Virus record (IMG/VR): IMGVR_UViG_3300024275_000004
Coordinates: 1-51,433 of that record
DNA from: a virus
Taxonomy: Duplodnaviria > Caudoviricetes
Direction: 5' to 3' (one strand)
Length of the DNA stretch: 51,433 nt
The translations under genes and the position numbers were made by a program. Below, one piece after another: positions 9,062 to 16,934 of the stretch. The notes under the pieces were generated by a model that saw only the letters and a list, made by a program, of their open reading frames with translations, had not been told where the DNA came from and ran no database searches. Position 1 is the stretch's first letter; each line of letters begins with the position of its first letter.

Positions 9062-9541
9062 ATGATAACTCAAGAAGAAGCAAATAGAATTTTCAATTAC
9101 GACCCTGAGACTGGAATTTTTACTTATAAGATATCCACTTGCAATTGTGTTAAAGCAGGCGCTATTGCGGGATCACCCTCTCACGGATATTTGACAGTTA
9201 TGTATAAGGGTCGTAACTATAAACTGCATAGGTTAGTTTTCTTATTGGAGAGTGGTATGTTTCCAGAAGAACAGGTAGACCATATCAACGGAGTCCGATC
9301 AGACAATCGAAGGTGCAATTTACGATTAGCATCTAATGCGCAGAATTGCCAAAACAAGTCAGCCAAGGGAGTGATTTTCTACCGTAATCGATATGTGGCC
9401 TATGCTTACCACAACAATAAGTCTTATTACCTGGGCAGGTATGAGTCTTTTGAAGAAGCGAAAAAGGTAAGTGAGGAAAAAAGAAAAGAACTCAAAGGCG
9501 AATTCTACAGAGAAGACTCGATGCAACGGAGCTTGGAGTGA
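9062..9541 (+). CDS. free-standing HNH homing endonuclease with C-terminal AP2-like domain
   Basis: YDPETGIF, HRL, VDHINGVRSDNRRCNLR, YLGRYESFEEA; AT-rich. Confidence 0.9.
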   Translation: MITQEEANRIFNYDPETGIFTYKISTCNCVKAGAIAGSPSHGYLTVMYKGRNYKLHRLVFLLESGMFPEEQVDHINGVRSDNRRCNLRLASNAQNCQNKSAKGVIFYRNRYVAYAYHNNKSYYLGRYESFEEAKKVSEEKRKELKGEFYREDSMQRSLE

Positions 9542-9899
9542 ATCCCGATACCGCAGTTTTATTAAATCAGCATTGCGTTCAGCAAGCAAAAGATGGCCTC
9601 CAAAATTTGAATGTCTCAATTCAGCATATACAGGCCAAAGGGTTAATCCTGCCTCTGGACGTATGGCAAAACATTATCGCTGCGCTGGATGTGGCGGAGA
9701 GTTTATTGGAGCAAAGATGCAAGCCGATCACATCGAGCCAGTTGTCCCCCTAACAGGGTTTACGACATGGGATGAAGTGATTGAGCGATTGTTCTGTGAG
9801 AAGGACAACTTTCAAGCGTTGTGCAAGGAATGCCATGCTCTCAAAACAAAAGAAGAGCGGGCTATTGCTAAGGAATATAGGAAAAATATAGATGAATAA
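9471..9899 (+). CDS. HNH endonuclease (Zn-binding, conserved podophage type)
   Basis: CAGC...ADHIEPVV...NFQALCKECHALKT; start uncertain. Confidence 0.85.
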   Translation: MRKKEKNSKANSTEKTRCNGAWSESRYRSFIKSALRSASKRWPPKFECLNSAYTGQRVNPASGRMAKHYRCAGCGGEFIGAKMQADHIEPVVPLTGFTTWDEVIERLFCEKDNFQALCKECHALKTKEERAIAKEYRKNIDE

Positions 9900-10134
9900 T
9901 TATAAAGGTTTCTCCCTTTTCAATGATGTCGAAGACAAAGAACTGCAACGCTTCAATCGTGCTCGTGTAATGGTCAATATGGCTCAGGATCACTCCAAGA
10001 AGGGTCGTATCAATGCGGTAGGTAGTGCTCTTATTCTTGGCTACTTCGGTCAGATGCCTTTCGATGAGCGAGAGGTAATTAAATCTGAGTTTGCCAAGCA
10101 GATGAATAAAAATGGGTTTCAATTGAAAGTATGA
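9892..10134 (+). CDS. hypothetical protein (80 aa)
   Basis: AGGA SD; overlaps both neighbours. Confidence 0.75.
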   Translation: MNNYKGFSLFNDVEDKELQRFNRARVMVNMAQDHSKKGRINAVGSALILGYFGQMPFDEREVIKSEFAKQMNKNGFQLKV

Positions 10135-10274
10135 CGCTAGACGATATTGTAAAAGAGATTGATGAGCTTCTTAAGGAAGAAGCTGTACTAAGCGAGGATT
10201 GGGAAGATGGTTGGAATTCCGCTCTGAAATATCTTCGTAAATACATCACAGGAGATTTTGGCAATGTCAACTGA
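10131..10274 (+). CDS. hypothetical acidic protein (47 aa)
   Basis: Hand-read ORF MTLDDIVKEIDELL...WEDGWNSALKYL; ATGA overlap. Confidence 0.6.
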   Translation: MTLDDIVKEIDELLKEEAVLSEDWEDGWNSALKYLRKYITGDFGNVN

Positions 10275-10530
10275 GCATCCTTATAACGCTAATAGCCGCC
10301 AAGAGGGCGGCTCCCATTACCAAGATAAAGCCATTCAACCTTGGGACTACATCGTCTCTAATGGGCTTGGCTATCTAGAAGGGAATATTGTGAAGTATGT
10401 GTCCCGATACAAAGACAAGAATGGTATTGAGGATTTGAAGAAAGCTAAACACTATCTAGACAAGCTCATCGAGACACTGCTGAAAGAGCAGCACTCTAAA
10501 TACTACTTTGATACGGATCGAAATAAATGA
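10264..10530 (+). CDS. DUF3310-type protein (T7 gp1.7-like, putative nucleotide kinase)
   Basis: GGSHY...IQPWD...GNIVKYVSRYKDKNGIEDLKKAKHYL. Confidence 0.85.
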   Translation: MSTEHPYNANSRQEGGSHYQDKAIQPWDYIVSNGLGYLEGNIVKYVSRYKDKNGIEDLKKAKHYLDKLIETLLKEQHSKYYFDTDRNK

Positions 10531-11198
10531 AGATTGCAGATATGGAGGTAACGTATGTGGATGGCTGTGGCTCTGACCTTAACGTCTGTAATGCTGCTCG
10601 TGTATCTTTCCATAAGGTATCCGAGGAGTTCACTGAAAAGGATTCTAAACTTATTGCTTATCTGTACAAGCATAAACACTTTAGCCCTTTCAATCATGCT
10701 TTTCTTTCTTTCCGTGTAAAGGCCCCCATCTTCGTAGCAAGGCAGCTTGTCAAGCATAAGTTTATGCCTTGGAATGAAGTGTCTCGTAGGTACGTGGATG
10801 AAGAGCCTGAATTCTATTTCCCTAACGGTTGGCGATTGAAAGCAGATAATGTTAAGCAAGGCAGCAGTGATGTGTTGCATAAAGGCACTAGCTTTGACTA
10901 CATCTACTGGACTCCTGAGAAGGAAGTAGAAGGTTGCACTGAGAGTGCACTAGATACCTACCGTGCTCTTTTGGATGAAGGCATCTGCCCTGAACAAGCT
11001 CGTATGGTGTTACCTCAGAACGCTATGACTGAATGGATTTGGAGTGGAACACTAGGAGCCTTCCTAGACATGTTGAAGCTACGCCTAGACACACATACAC
11101 AACAAGAGACTAGGGAAGTGGCATTGAAGATTGCTTACTTCGTAGAGGCATTCTTCCCACATTCCTTTAACGCTATGATGGAGAGCACTAAACAATGA
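10527..11198 (+). CDS. thyX: flavin-dependent thymidylate synthase
   Basis: NAARVS, HFSPF, PIFVARQLVKH..WNEVSRRY, EQARMVLP, LRLD.HTQ.E. Confidence 0.93.
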   Translation: MKIADMEVTYVDGCGSDLNVCNAARVSFHKVSEEFTEKDSKLIAYLYKHKHFSPFNHAFLSFRVKAPIFVARQLVKHKFMPWNEVSRRYVDEEPEFYFPNGWRLKADNVKQGSSDVLHKGTSFDYIYWTPEKEVEGCTESALDTYRALLDEGICPEQARMVLPQNAMTEWIWSGTLGAFLDMLKLRLDTHTQQETREVALKIAYFVEAFFPHSFNAMMESTKQ

Positions 11199-11959
11199 AG
11201 CATTTCATCTTACCTGATGTTCAGGCAAAGCCTGGTACTGATTTTGAATTCCTGTATGACATTGGTTCTTATGTAGTTGATAAGAAGCCTGATGTAATTG
11301 TCTGTATTGGTGACTTCGCAGACATGCCCTCTCTTTCCTCGTATGATGTAGGCACTAAGGATTTTGAAGGACGACGTTATCACAAGGATATTGAAGCTGC
11401 GCATGAAGCAATGAATGCTTTCTGTCAGCCTATTTACGAATACAACAAACAGAAGAAGAAGAACAAAGAGAAGCTCTATCGTCCTCGTCTGGTAATGACA
11501 CTAGGCAATCACGAAGAGCGTATTAATAAGGCTGTTAATAAGGATGCCAAACTTGATGGTCTCATTTCTGTTGACGACCTGGCTTACAAAGAATGGGGCT
11601 GGGAAGTGATTCCTTTTAAAGAGCCAATCGTTATTGATGGAACTACTTATGTTCACTACCTTCCTACTGGGCTTGCTGGCAGGCCTTGCTCTACTGCTAA
11701 CGCTCAGCTCAATAAGAGTCATATGTCAATCATTACAGGACATCAACAAGGGCTTCAAGTGGCTATTGGAAAACGCGCAGATGGTCAACGGATCACGAGT
11801 GTTATTGCAGGAAGCTGCTACGAGCACGAGGAACATTACATGGGCCATCTGGAAAATCGTCATTGGCGTGGTGCTCTTATGCTCCATAACGTTATTGATG
11901 GTGAATTCGATCTGATGCCAGTATCTCTCCAATATATTCGTGAAAGGGCAAATCGTTGA
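11195..11959 (+). CDS. calcineurin-like metallophosphoesterase
   Basis: PDVQ, IGDFAD, LGNHE, GHQQ. Confidence 0.85.
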   Translation: MKHFILPDVQAKPGTDFEFLYDIGSYVVDKKPDVIVCIGDFADMPSLSSYDVGTKDFEGRRYHKDIEAAHEAMNAFCQPIYEYNKQKKKNKEKLYRPRLVMTLGNHEERINKAVNKDAKLDGLISVDDLAYKEWGWEVIPFKEPIVIDGTTYVHYLPTGLAGRPCSTANAQLNKSHMSIITGHQQGLQVAIGKRADGQRITSVIAGSCYEHEEHYMGHLENRHWRGALMLHNVIDGEFDLMPVSLQYIRERANR

Positions 11960-13806
11960 AATATCGTGGAATTAAATTAGACCTTGAGCGAGACTTGCTG
12001 TTCTCGGAACAAGGCATCCAACTGCTGAATAAATATTATAGCGATGGAAAAGAAGGCGTACAAAAGGCTCTTGCTCGTGCTGCTAATTGTTTTAGCTACG
12101 GTGACTCCGACTTGGCTCAGTTCATTTATGACGCTGCTAGTAGACACTGGTTTTTCTACTCGTCACCGATCCTCTCTAATGCAGTAGATGGTGAGTGGAA
12201 GACAGGGCGTAACCCCGAGCTGATGTGGGAAAATAGCGGATCAGGAAGGACTTACCGAAGAAGTTTATGGAAGGGAGAGATGCCCAAAGCAATGCCTATT
12301 GCTTGCTTCGCTGGCTACGCTCCTGACACTATTAAAGGACAAATTGATGTTGCTGCAGAGTTGTCTCTTCTTTCCGTTATGGGTGGCGGTGCTGCTCTTC
12401 ATAATGGAATTCGAGCTGTTTCTGACAAGGCTCCCGGACCAATCCCGTTTTTCAAAACCATTGACGGAATTATGGGATATTATCGGCAAGGACGGACTCG
12501 TCGCGGCAGCGTGGCTTTATATCTTGATGTGTCCCATCCCGATATTTTAGAATTCATTAAGATGCGGACACCCTCTGGTGGTGATCCTGCTCGTAAGATT
12601 AACAATCGTAGTGGTGTACATAACGCTATTAACATTACAGACAAGTTTTGTGATGCTGTTGTAAATGATGAACAATGGGAATTGATTTGCCCTCATACAA
12701 AAGAAATTAGGGAGATCGTTAAAGCACGAGACCTCTGGGAATCAATCCTCGAAACACGGGAGCTTACTGGTGAGCCTTACCTTTGGTTTATTGATGTTGC
12801 TAATCGCAGCTTGCCTCCTAGCCAGCAGGCACTCGGCCTTTCAAACAACGGGAGTAATCTTTGTTCTGAAATCAGCTTGGCTACTAATTCTGAGCGCACT
12901 TTTGTTTGCTGTCTGTCTAGCCTTAATTTAGAGAAATATGATGAATGGAAAGATACCCCTCTTGTCGCCAATCTCGTTCGCTTCCTTGATAATGTGCTCC
13001 AATGGTTTGTGGATTACGCACCGGAAGGGCTCGAAAAGGCTGTATATTCAGCCACCAGGGAGCGTGCTCTCGGGATTGGGGCGATGGGGTTTGCCAATTG
13101 GCTAATGAAGAATAACATCCCATTTGAGAGTGGTGGCTTTGGTTCTGCTGCTCAATGGAATAACATCATCTTTAAGGACATTCATGATAAAGGTATACGA
13201 GCTTCTATTGCTCTTGGTGAAGAGCGTGGCGAAGCCTTGGACATGGGTGGGACGAAACGCAGGAATAGCCACGTTTTTGCTATTGCTCCTAATTCTAATA
13301 GCAGCGTACTTTGTGACACCACTCCTTCCATCGAGCCTATTGCAAGTAATGCCTACACTCAGAAGTCTAGAGCAGGTATTGCCCTCGTTAGGAATAAATA
13401 TCTAATCCCTGTACTGGAGAAGTATGGACAGAATTCAGATTCAGTGTGGAAGTCTATTATTGACTCGAATGGATCAGTACAGCATCTTAGTTTCCTCACC
13501 GACCAAGAGCGAAGTGTATTCCGCACCGCTTGGGAAATGGATCAAGCTTGGCTCGTGGAACATGCAGAACAACGTCAACAGTATATTTGTCAGGCGCAAT
13601 CGCTAAACTTGTTCTTTCTTCCGGGCACGGATAGAGCTTATATTAACTCGGTACATCTGAAAGCAATGAAGGGCAAGAAGGTTAAGAGCCTTTACTACTT
13701 CCGAACAGGGGCTGCTGTAGCTGCTGATACGGTTAAACAAATTCAAAGACAGAGCCTTTCCGATTGGAAGCAAGAAGGCGATGTTTGTATTAGTTGCGAG
13801 GGATAA
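11956..13806 (+). CDS. nrdA: class Ia ribonucleotide reductase alpha subunit (no ATP-cone)
   Basis: SSPILSN, ACF, GGG, SNLCSE, CCLSS, APN, SLYYFR, C-terminal CISCEG; TTG start. Confidence 0.95.
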   Translation: MKYRGIKLDLERDLLFSEQGIQLLNKYYSDGKEGVQKALARAANCFSYGDSDLAQFIYDAASRHWFFYSSPILSNAVDGEWKTGRNPELMWENSGSGRTYRRSLWKGEMPKAMPIACFAGYAPDTIKGQIDVAAELSLLSVMGGGAALHNGIRAVSDKAPGPIPFFKTIDGIMGYYRQGRTRRGSVALYLDVSHPDILEFIKMRTPSGGDPARKINNRSGVHNAINITDKFCDAVVNDEQWELICPHTKEIREIVKARDLWESILETRELTGEPYLWFIDVANRSLPPSQQALGLSNNGSNLCSEISLATNSERTFVCCLSSLNLEKYDEWKDTPLVANLVRFLDNVLQWFVDYAPEGLEKAVYSATRERALGIGAMGFANWLMKNNIPFESGGFGSAAQWNNIIFKDIHDKGIRASIALGEERGEALDMGGTKRRNSHVFAIAPNSNSSVLCDTTPSIEPIASNAYTQKSRAGIALVRNKYLIPVLEKYGQNSDSVWKSIIDSNGSVQHLSFLTDQERSVFRTAWEMDQAWLVEHAEQRQQYICQAQSLNLFFLPGTDRAYINSVHLKAMKGKKVKSLYYFRTGAAVAADTVKQIQRQSLSDWKQEGDVCISCEG

Positions 13807-13956
13807 ATGAATAGCTGCACATGTGACACAGATCAATATCAATATTCAGAAGAAGGAGTAGACTACGGAGGCTCTTATATTGCTTGGGGTTGCCATCAAT
13901 GTGGATGGCGTACTGTAGAATTCTTCCCTAGCAACGACTATAGCAATTACGAATGA
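13807..13956 (+). CDS. 49-aa Cys-rich microprotein between nrdA and nrdB
   Basis: MNSCTCD...WGCHQCGW; abuts the nrdA stop and has an ATGA overlap with nrdB. Confidence 0.6.
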   Translation: MNSCTCDTDQYQYSEEGVDYGGSYIAWGCHQCGWRTVEFFPSNDYSNYE

Positions 13957-14903
13957 GCCTATTAGAACCGAGTAAAACATATGTACCCATCTATCCTGAA
14001 TTCGTAGAGATTACGAAGCAACACGAAGAAGCCCACTGGCACGAAGGAGAGGCCAAGCTTCAACAAGATGTTGAGCAATGGAAGACAGGGATTATTACAG
14101 ACCAGGAGAAACAGTTTGTCAAATCCATCCTACTCCTTTTCACCCAATCAGATGTTGCGGTTGGAGGAGATTATTACGACAATCTCATCCCAGTATTCCG
14201 AAATAACGAGACAAGAAATATGCTTGGTTCTTTCGCGGGACGAGAAGGCGTACATCAAAGAGCGTATGCTCTCCTCAACGACACTCTCGGATTCGGAGAG
14301 AGCTTTTATTCTGAGTTTCTTGATTACGTAGAAATGAAGGAGAAGATGGAATTCATGCTTGATGTGAAGAATCATTCATATCGAGACATTGCTCTATCTC
14401 TCGCTAAACAAGTGCTGGTGGAGGGAGTGTGTTTATTCGCCTCCTTCGCCATGCTTCTCAACTTCTCTCGTACCGGTAAGCTTCTAGGTATGGGTGATGT
14501 CAACCAGTGGTCTATCCGAGATGAATCAATTCATGTTCACGGTCTCGCTAAATTATTCAGACAGTTCCTCAAGGAACATCCTCGAATCGTTAATGACGAT
14601 TTCAAACGAGAAATCTACCAGTGTGCGCGTGACTGTGTTGCCTTGGAGTCGAACTTCATTGATCTTGTATTTTCAAATACACGGCTCGAAGGGATTACGG
14701 TGGAGGATACTAAGCAGTATGTTCAAAGTGTTGCCGATTACCGGATGGAGCAGATGGGTTTCAAGAGTCAATTCGATGTTGTCAATCCATTTGAGTGGCT
14801 TAACTGGCTTACAAGTGGAACAACTATTGAGAACTTCTTCGAGACCAACACTACGGGATACAGCAAGAATTCTATGATCGGGGGGTACAGTGGAGGCTAT
14901 TGA
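13953..14903 (+). CDS. nrdB: class Ia ribonucleotide reductase beta subunit
   Basis: FTQSD, EGVHQRAY, EGVCLF, RDESIH, NFFE. Confidence 0.95.
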   Translation: MSLLEPSKTYVPIYPEFVEITKQHEEAHWHEGEAKLQQDVEQWKTGIITDQEKQFVKSILLLFTQSDVAVGGDYYDNLIPVFRNNETRNMLGSFAGREGVHQRAYALLNDTLGFGESFYSEFLDYVEMKEKMEFMLDVKNHSYRDIALSLAKQVLVEGVCLFASFAMLLNFSRTGKLLGMGDVNQWSIRDESIHVHGLAKLFRQFLKEHPRIVNDDFKREIYQCARDCVALESNFIDLVFSNTRLEGITVEDTKQYVQSVADYRMEQMGFKSQFDVVNPFEWLNWLTSGTTIENFFETNTTGYSKNSMIGGYSGGY

Positions 14904-15084
14904 AACTAGCGAAAGCGGAGTCACGTATGACAAGTGGCAGCAGCTCTATCTTCTCATCAATGAGTGGTTAGAAGCTGAAGAAGAGGGTGATGCTTTTGAT
15001 GATGGATGGACTAGCGCACTAGCTGCTGTGCTAGATGCAATTAATTTCTTAAACGAAGGGAAGTATCCGTATGAAATTCATTGA
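14890..15084 (+). CDS. hypothetical protein (64 aa)
   Basis: Overlaps the nrdB end; shares a DGWxSAL motif with 10131-10274. Confidence 0.6.
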   Translation: MEAIETSESGVTYDKWQQLYLLINEWLEAEEEGDAFDDGWTSALAAVLDAINFLNEGKYPYEIH

Positions 15085-15099
15085 AGGCTGGGGTTTCTA

Positions 15100-15330
15100 A
15101 TGGCAATCAAGATCGAAGGCGGCACCACTAAGATTGCAGAAGGAAGCTATCGTTACGACTACCAAGACACTGCTGGTTATCATATCATCGTATTCACCGC
15201 TAGCCGAACCCCAAGGATCGGCGACAGCATTGTGAATGGTGAACTAGTAGATGCTGTCCTTCCTCAGAGTAATCAAGATAAGAGCAGATGGATTACAAAG
15301 GAAGAGGGCGAATGGCCTGATTACCAATAA
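15100..15330 (+). CDS. hypothetical protein (76 aa)
   Basis: Last ORF of the + arm before the terminator. Confidence 0.65.
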   Translation: MAIKIEGGTTKIAEGSYRYDYQDTAGYHIIVFTASRTPRIGDSIVNGELVDAVLPQSNQDKSRWITKEEGEWPDYQ

Positions 15331-15375
15331 ATAAATAAAAAGAAAGGGGAGCAAGCGCAATGCTCCTCCCCTTAT
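15331..15375. terminator. intrinsic terminator where the two genome arms converge
   Basis: Hairpin AAGGGGAGCA...TGCTC(CTC)CCCTT with an A-tract on the left (U-tract for the - strand). Confidence 0.75.
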
Positions 15376-15377
15376 GA

Positions 15378-15638
15378 TTAATTACTGTTGGCGCCTTGCC
15401 AATACTTATTCTCCATATCGTCACGGCTTCCCGTGTATGTCAATGAGCGTAGATAGCGATTCCACCTATCGTGATTGCTCCCTGTAGTAAATCCCTTTAC
15501 GATAAGAAATTGTCTTTCAGCATCAGCCAGTACATGACTAGTAGCTCCCCTTCCGAGGAGCCACTTGAGATACTGATCTTGGACGCTTCCAGTATATCCT
15601 AACGAAGAGAGTTTAGTCTTCTTCGCCTGTTTGGACAT
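15378..15638 (-). CDS. hypothetical protein (86 aa)
   Basis: Last ORF of the late arm; TAATG overlap. Confidence 0.7.
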   Translation of the reverse strand: MSKQAKKTKLSSLGYTGSVQDQYLKWLLGRGATSHVLADAERQFLIVKGFTTGSNHDRWNRYLRSLTYTGSRDDMENKYWQGANSN

Positions 15639-15910
15639 TAGGCCATAACCCCTGCATTCTTCAGGCTAGTGAGGATACTGTTAATCTGTGTCGCAACAGT
15701 AGCGAAGTTGTTATTAAGAACCGACTGAGAGAACGAACCAGTAACGTCCACAGTACCAGCAGCAGGCGTACCTACAGCAATGGTAAGGGCAGCCACTGTA
15801 GCGCCTTTCTTCACAGTACCAAATGTCGTAGCTGTAGCAGCAGAACTGCCTGTCTGCATCATAGCAGCGAATTCCTTACGATCAACTGGGTTGCTTTTAT
15901 CGAGAGCCAT
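15638..15910 (-). CDS. putative head-fibre/decoration protein
   Basis: GTVKKGATVAAL ... INSILTSLKNAGVMA C-terminal pattern typical of small head fibres. Confidence 0.6.
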   Translation of the reverse strand: MALDKSNPVDRKEFAAMMQTGSSAATATTFGTVKKGATVAALTIAVGTPAAGTVDVTGSFSQSVLNNNFATVATQINSILTSLKNAGVMA

Positions 15911-15911
15911 T

Positions 15912-16076
15912 TTATTTTCCTTTTACACGATTTAAACGGGGATTGGCCTTCTTAGCCTTCTTACTAGCCCCACGAGATGCAGAGGCTAAAATAGCTCCTG
16001 CTGCCTTCTTACTTACACCTTCTTTCTTAGCAATCTGACCTTGCACTTTAGCAAAGCCTGGATGTTTCTTAGCCAC
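15912..16076 (-). CDS. small basic protein (54 aa)
   Basis: GTG start after GGAGG; MAKKHPGFAKVQ..., Lys/Ala-rich. Confidence 0.7.
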   Translation of the reverse strand: MAKKHPGFAKVQGQIAKKEGVSKKAAGAILASASRGASKKAKKANPRLNRVKGK

Positions 16077-16347
16077 CTTTCTTCCTCCCTCCTGTTCCCC
16101 TGTTACGAGCACGGTTCTTAGCTGCAGATTGGACACGAAGGTTAGAAGTACCATTGTGGGCTGTATTCATGTCCTTATGGTCTACGTCCTTACCGTCTCC
16201 CTTCTTCACCTTCCCTGCAGCTTCCATCTTACGTCTAGCCGCATTACGTTGTGCCCTACGCTTTACTTGTTCGGGCTGGCTATTGTATGCCCTCTGTCGC
16301 TTGCTATCTGCTGTAGCATTAGCCTTTAGTTGACCTTTCTTAGCCAC
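16069..16347 (-). CDS. small basic HNH-like protein
   Basis: GDGKDVDHKD...SNLRV...NRARN. Confidence 0.75.
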   Translation of the reverse strand: MAKKGQLKANATADSKRQRAYNSQPEQVKRRAQRNAARRKMEAAGKVKKGDGKDVDHKDMNTAHNGTSNLRVQSAAKNRARNRGTGGRKKGG

Positions 16348-16933
16348 CTAGAATCCTCTTTAAATATGGAATAGTTTCACTCTTCTTAGGAAGAAACTCT
16401 TTCCAGTTCTCCCCTCCCTTCGTGATAGCTCTCTTCACGCTCCCGGCTCCAGCGTTATACGCTGCAACAGCCTTCTCATAATCCCCATCAAACTCTTTTA
16501 ACATAGCACGAAGATAGTCCCTACCGAATCGTAAATACTCTTCCTTGCTCTTATTCTGAATAGGCGTAACACCATATCCAGGATTAGCTCCAGTCTTGGG
16601 CATCACTTGGGTAATCCCTTCAGCGCCAGCAGCAGATGTTGTCAAGTTTCCTTTAGCATCTGTATGTTTACCACCACTCTCTGTTCCTACAAGCTTATTG
16701 AGCACTTGCTCAAAGGAGAAGCTGGGTTTCTGTGCCTGAATAGGGGTAGGAGCTTCTACAGGCCTCTTGGCTGCATAATTCTGTTCCCAAGGCATCAACC
16801 CCTGTACTGCAGCTTTAATTGGCTCTGTGACCGTTTTAACAGCGTCTAGGGCCTGTTTCATAATGGGATTTAAATCCATCTCCCAAGGGAGAGGCCCTTG
16901 AGCCTCTGCTGCTGGTTTAGCTTCATCTGCCAT
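16340..16933 (-). CDS. lytic transglycosylase (SLT), probably virion-associated
   Basis: TESGG, GAEGITQVMPKT, AVAAYNAGAG; real start likely MADEAK at 16933. Confidence 0.88.
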   Translation of the reverse strand: MADEAKPAAEAQGPLPWEMDLNPIMKQALDAVKTVTEPIKAAVQGLMPWEQNYAAKRPVEAPTPIQAQKPSFSFEQVLNKLVGTESGGKHTDAKGNLTTSAAGAEGITQVMPKTGANPGYGVTPIQNKSKEEYLRFGRDYLRAMLKEFDGDYEKAVAAYNAGAGSVKRAITKGGENWKEFLPKKSETIPYLKRILGG

Positions 16934-16934
16934 A

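Noticed and set aside
8984-9541. Group I intron containing the HNH gene
   Set aside because: Only ~80 nt of AT-rich non-coding sequence, with no recognisable P7 core.
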